In this document: positions 61,320 to 64,000 of the stretch, one piece after another
Numbering within the stretch: the stretch's first letter is position 1
How the letters are laid out: the number at the start of each line of letters is the position of its first letter
DNA from: Acidimicrobiia bacterium
Lineage (GTDB): Bacteria > Actinomycetota > Acidimicrobiia > IMCC26256 > PALSA-610
Reading direction: 5' to 3'
Length of the DNA: 64,000 bases
Assembly: GCA_052148155.1 (NCBI GenBank)
Contig: JBKQIY010000019.1
Span: 21,964 to 85,963 of the forward strand
Notes under the pieces: generated by a model
The model's database searches: none
Seen by the model: only the letters and a program-made list of their open reading frames with translations
Told to the model about the DNA's origin: nothing
Translations under genes and position numbers: made by a program

Positions 61320-61796
61320 ATGCCAGACTTGAAACCTCCACGGCTCGTCGCCGGCGAGCGGGCGACGTTGCATGCACTGTTGCAGTATCAGCGGGACTCA
61401 CTTGTCCGCAAAGTTCACGGCGTCGACGAAGATGCAGCCCGGCGGCAACTCGTACCGACCGGTACGACGTTGCTGTGGCTGATGAAACACATGGCCTGTG
61501 CCGAAGTGCTCTGGGTCGTGCAACGTTTTGCTGGCGACGACGTCGCGGGGATCGACGATACCGTGGAAGCTGGAGACACCCTTGCCGCCGCAATCGATGT
61601 GTACCGCGCGACGTGGGTGCGTGTCGATGCGGTGTTGGCCGCGGCTGCGAGCCTCGACGAAGTGTGTCGACGCGTCGGCGAGGAGGCGCCGGTCAACCTG
61701 CGCTGGGTCCTGATGCACCTCCTCGAGGAAACTGCGCGGCACGCCGGTCACGCCGACATTCTGCGCGAGCTTGTCGACGGCGTCACCGGCCGCTAG
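61320..61796 (+). CDS. DinB family protein (DUF664)
   Basis: LLWLMKHM..E..W; LRWVLMHLLEETARHAGHADILRE. Confidence 0.92.
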   Translation: MPDLKPPRLVAGERATLHALLQYQRDSLVRKVHGVDEDAARRQLVPTGTTLLWLMKHMACAEVLWVVQRFAGDDVAGIDDTVEAGDTLAAAIDVYRATWVRVDAVLAAAASLDEVCRRVGEEAPVNLRWVLMHLLEETARHAGHADILRELVDGVTGR

Positions 61797-61915
61797 CCCG
61801 AGATTTCAACCGCTCGGGTGCCGGGACGGCCGGTGTTAGCGGACTGAACCCTGCGGGCTGCACGAGAACGGTCGATCAGAGACCGGACGTACCGCCGCGG
61901 TTGGAGGTCATCGGG

Positions 61916-62665
61916 ATGGAACACAAGATTGTCGGAACCATAATGCCGGTGCTCGAGGTCACCTTGGCGCCCGATGAGTCGGTCGTCGCTGAGGGAGGCG
62001 AGCTGTCGTGGATGACCAGCGCGGTCGAGTTGCACACCGCAGTGGGCGGCACCGCCGGCTCGAAGGGCGTGTTCGGTGCGGTCAAGCGTGCGGTCGGGGG
62101 CGGCACGCTGTTCATGACTGAATACCGGGCCGTCGGCGACTCGGGCATGGTCGCGTTCGCGACCAAGGTGCCCGGACATATCAAAGCGATCCAACTCGAT
62201 GGGAGCCGCCAGTACATGGTGCATCGCCGCGGATACCTGTGCGGCACGCCGAGTGTGACCCTCGAGATCGGATTCCAACAGAAGCTGAGCGCGGGATTCT
62301 TCGGCGGTGAAGGCTTCATTTTGCAACGAGTGTCAGGTTCGGGTGACGCATGGATCGAGCTCGACGGCGAAGTCGTCGAATACGAGCTCGGCCCGGGCGA
62401 GGTGCTGAAGGTGCACCCCGGTCACGTCGGCCTTTTCGATGCGACGATGGCGTTCGAGATCGAGCGGGTGAAGGGCATCAAAAACATGCTCTTCGGTGCG
62501 GACGCACTGTTCCTCGCCCGGCTCACCGGACCGGGCACGGTGTTCCTGCAGACGATGCCGCTCGCGAACCTCGCGGCCGCGGTCGCGCCATACCTGCCGC
62601 GCGAAGGCGATTCCGGTTCTGGCAACAAGCTCTCGATCGGCGGCTTCAGTCTCGGAAGCTCGTAG
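61916..62665 (+). CDS. TIGR00266/AIM24 family protein
   Basis: GGAGG RBS + ATG 61916; GGTLFMTEY, FFGGEGFILQ, LTGPGTVFLQTMP. Confidence 0.9.
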   Translation: MEHKIVGTIMPVLEVTLAPDESVVAEGGELSWMTSAVELHTAVGGTAGSKGVFGAVKRAVGGGTLFMTEYRAVGDSGMVAFATKVPGHIKAIQLDGSRQYMVHRRGYLCGTPSVTLEIGFQQKLSAGFFGGEGFILQRVSGSGDAWIELDGEVVEYELGPGEVLKVHPGHVGLFDATMAFEIERVKGIKNMLFGADALFLARLTGPGTVFLQTMPLANLAAAVAPYLPREGDSGSGNKLSIGGFSLGSS

Positions 62666-62769
62666 CGACCGGCCGGGCGCGCCGCCCGAGAACAACCTGT
62701 GATTGTGGGGGTGTGTCCCGGACCCGACCCTGGGTCGTGGGCGGCCCACAGGCGGCATCGAAGAAAACT

Positions 62770-62970
62770 GTCGGCGGCCTGTGCGCGAGGGTCAGCTCCT
62801 GTCGCCGGTCGAGCGAGACGATCGCATGTGCGTGCACCGACGCCGATGAGGTCTTGATTGCAGCCTCGACCTTCCTCGGGACCAGGCGCGCGGCGTTCGA
62901 CTTCGACCGGTACCGCCGCCCCGAGAGGTACGGTCGGATCACGGCGCAGCGCGGGCGCGGTCGAGCCTGA
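62770..62970 (+). pseudogene. possible C-terminal remnant of a nitrilase/N-carbamoylase
   Basis: ETIA...DEVLIA...FDFDRYRRPERYGRI. Confidence 0.4.
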
Positions 62971-63060
62971 CTGAAGAGCCGCAGACCCGGACGTTTGGAC
63001 GCTGAAGGGGCGACGCCCGGTCCGATCGCAGGGCGGAAGTCCCAGACAAAGGAGTGCCTG

Positions 63061-63501
63061 ATGACGCGCTTCGTCGTCCAGCTGCACGACGCCACCACGC
63101 TACATTTCGACCTTCGTCTCGAGATCGGCGGCGTCCTGCGATCGTGGGCGGTGCCCAAGGGGCCGTCCCTCGACCCGGCTGTGCGTCGCCTCGCAATAGC
63201 GGTCGAAGATCACTCGCTGGCCGCAGGCGAGTACGAGGGCCGGCACGGCGGGATTCGGGGTACGGGCGCAGTGATCATCTGGGACGAAGGCACGGTCGAG
63301 GTCGTGCACGACGAGCCGAACCACCTGTCGTTCCTGCTCCACGGTTCGAAGCTCAACGGCGGGTTCGCTCTGACCAGGACCGGCGACCGGAGCTGGATCC
63401 TGACCAAGATGCGCGACGATCACGCCCTCAGGGGCAGCGACATCGTCGCTGAACAGCCCCGGAGCGTCCGCAGCGGGCGGACCTGGCAGGACCTCTCGTA
63501 A
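63061..63501 (+). CDS. LigD-type 3'-phosphoesterase (stand-alone)
   Basis: FVVQLHDATTLHFDLRLE, SWAVPKGPS, VEDH, IWDEG; AAGGAG RBS. Confidence 0.93.
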   Translation: MTRFVVQLHDATTLHFDLRLEIGGVLRSWAVPKGPSLDPAVRRLAIAVEDHSLAAGEYEGRHGGIRGTGAVIIWDEGTVEVVHDEPNHLSFLLHGSKLNGGFALTRTGDRSWILTKMRDDHALRGSDIVAEQPRSVRSGRTWQDLS

Positions 63502-63616
63502 TCGGTGTCGGCTCTCAACCCGACAGCGCCCGAGGCCGATTCACCAGGAGTGAGTCCTTGCCACATTCAGCGGTTCCCGCGATCATTCGTAGGAGTTCGG
63601 CCGCGACGGAGGCGAC

Positions 63617-64000
63617 GTGCAGAAGACATCTGAACGAGCACCCGTCTCGGTCCGGACATCTCGACCGGACGAGTCGGTCCCGTCGCGGCCCCGCAGCGGC
63701 GATACTCGTGCCGCCCCGACGTGCATTTTCTGCGACCGTCCGAGCGGTTCAGTCGAGTACGCCTGGCCCGAGTGGATCTGTCGACTTCTGATCAAGCAAC
63801 GGGGCGTCGGCCGCATCGGGGCCGACGAGGGTGCCACGGATCCGGCGATCCTCGAGCGTATGGAGCGCGAGGTCGATACCACGGTGACCCGCGTCTGCGA
63901 TACCTGCCGAGCAGGCTGGATACAGCGACTCGAAGATGACGTGATGCCGTTCCTCGAGCCGATGATCGGGGGGAAGGCCACCACCCTCGTGCCTGAACGC
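63617..64000 (+). CDS. partial HNH-like zinc-binding protein, runs off the window
   Basis: GGAGG + GTG 63617; CIFC...VEYAWPEW...VCDTCRAGWIQRLE; absent from the ORF track because there is no stop in the window. Confidence 0.6.
   Translation, partial: MQKTSERAPVSVRTSRPDESVPSRPRSGDTRAAPTCIFCDRPSGSVEYAWPEWICRLLIKQRGVGRIGADEGATDPAILERMEREVDTTVTRVCDTCRAGWIQRLEDDVMPFLEPMIGGKATTLVPER

Overview
High-GC window, probably from an actinobacterium (WhiB, SigF/SigB-type sigma factor, AmtR-like TetR; Acidimicrobiia-like is only an inference). I saw no rRNA, tRNA or CRISPR array. All family calls come from motifs recognised by eye; no database search was run. Main blocks: (1) 1-24 kb, mixed catabolic genes (BVMO, GH172, PAS + MBL hydrolase, amidohydrolases, an xfp-ackA-HAD/GH65 operon, WhiB). 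(2) About 25.2-45.6 kb, a nitrogen-scavenging locus. An apparently inserted ~16 kb segment carries a Rieske oxygenase, an Hri1-like protein, a creatininase-like hydrolase, a non-canonical glutamine-synthetase-like ligase, a peptide-type ABC transporter, Lrp, an Asp-type urea/guanidine carboxylase and allophanate hydrolase. It converges on a resident AmtR-controlled cgdAB operon whose own carboxylase gene is a decayed remnant; TauD and IclR lie next to it. (3) 47.6-57 kb, a LigD ligase and a SigF-type partner-switching cluster with four near-consensus GGWTT-N16/17-GGGTA promoters. (4) 57-64 kb, pirin, NDT, DAP lyase, DinB, AIM24, a LigD phosphoesterase and a partial HNH-like ORF. About eight degraded gene remnants are scattered between intact genes. 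The best candidate for an undescribed system is the Rieske/Hri1-like/creatininase/gamma-glutamyl ligase module feeding guanidine carboxylase, a putative pathway for substituted guanidines.
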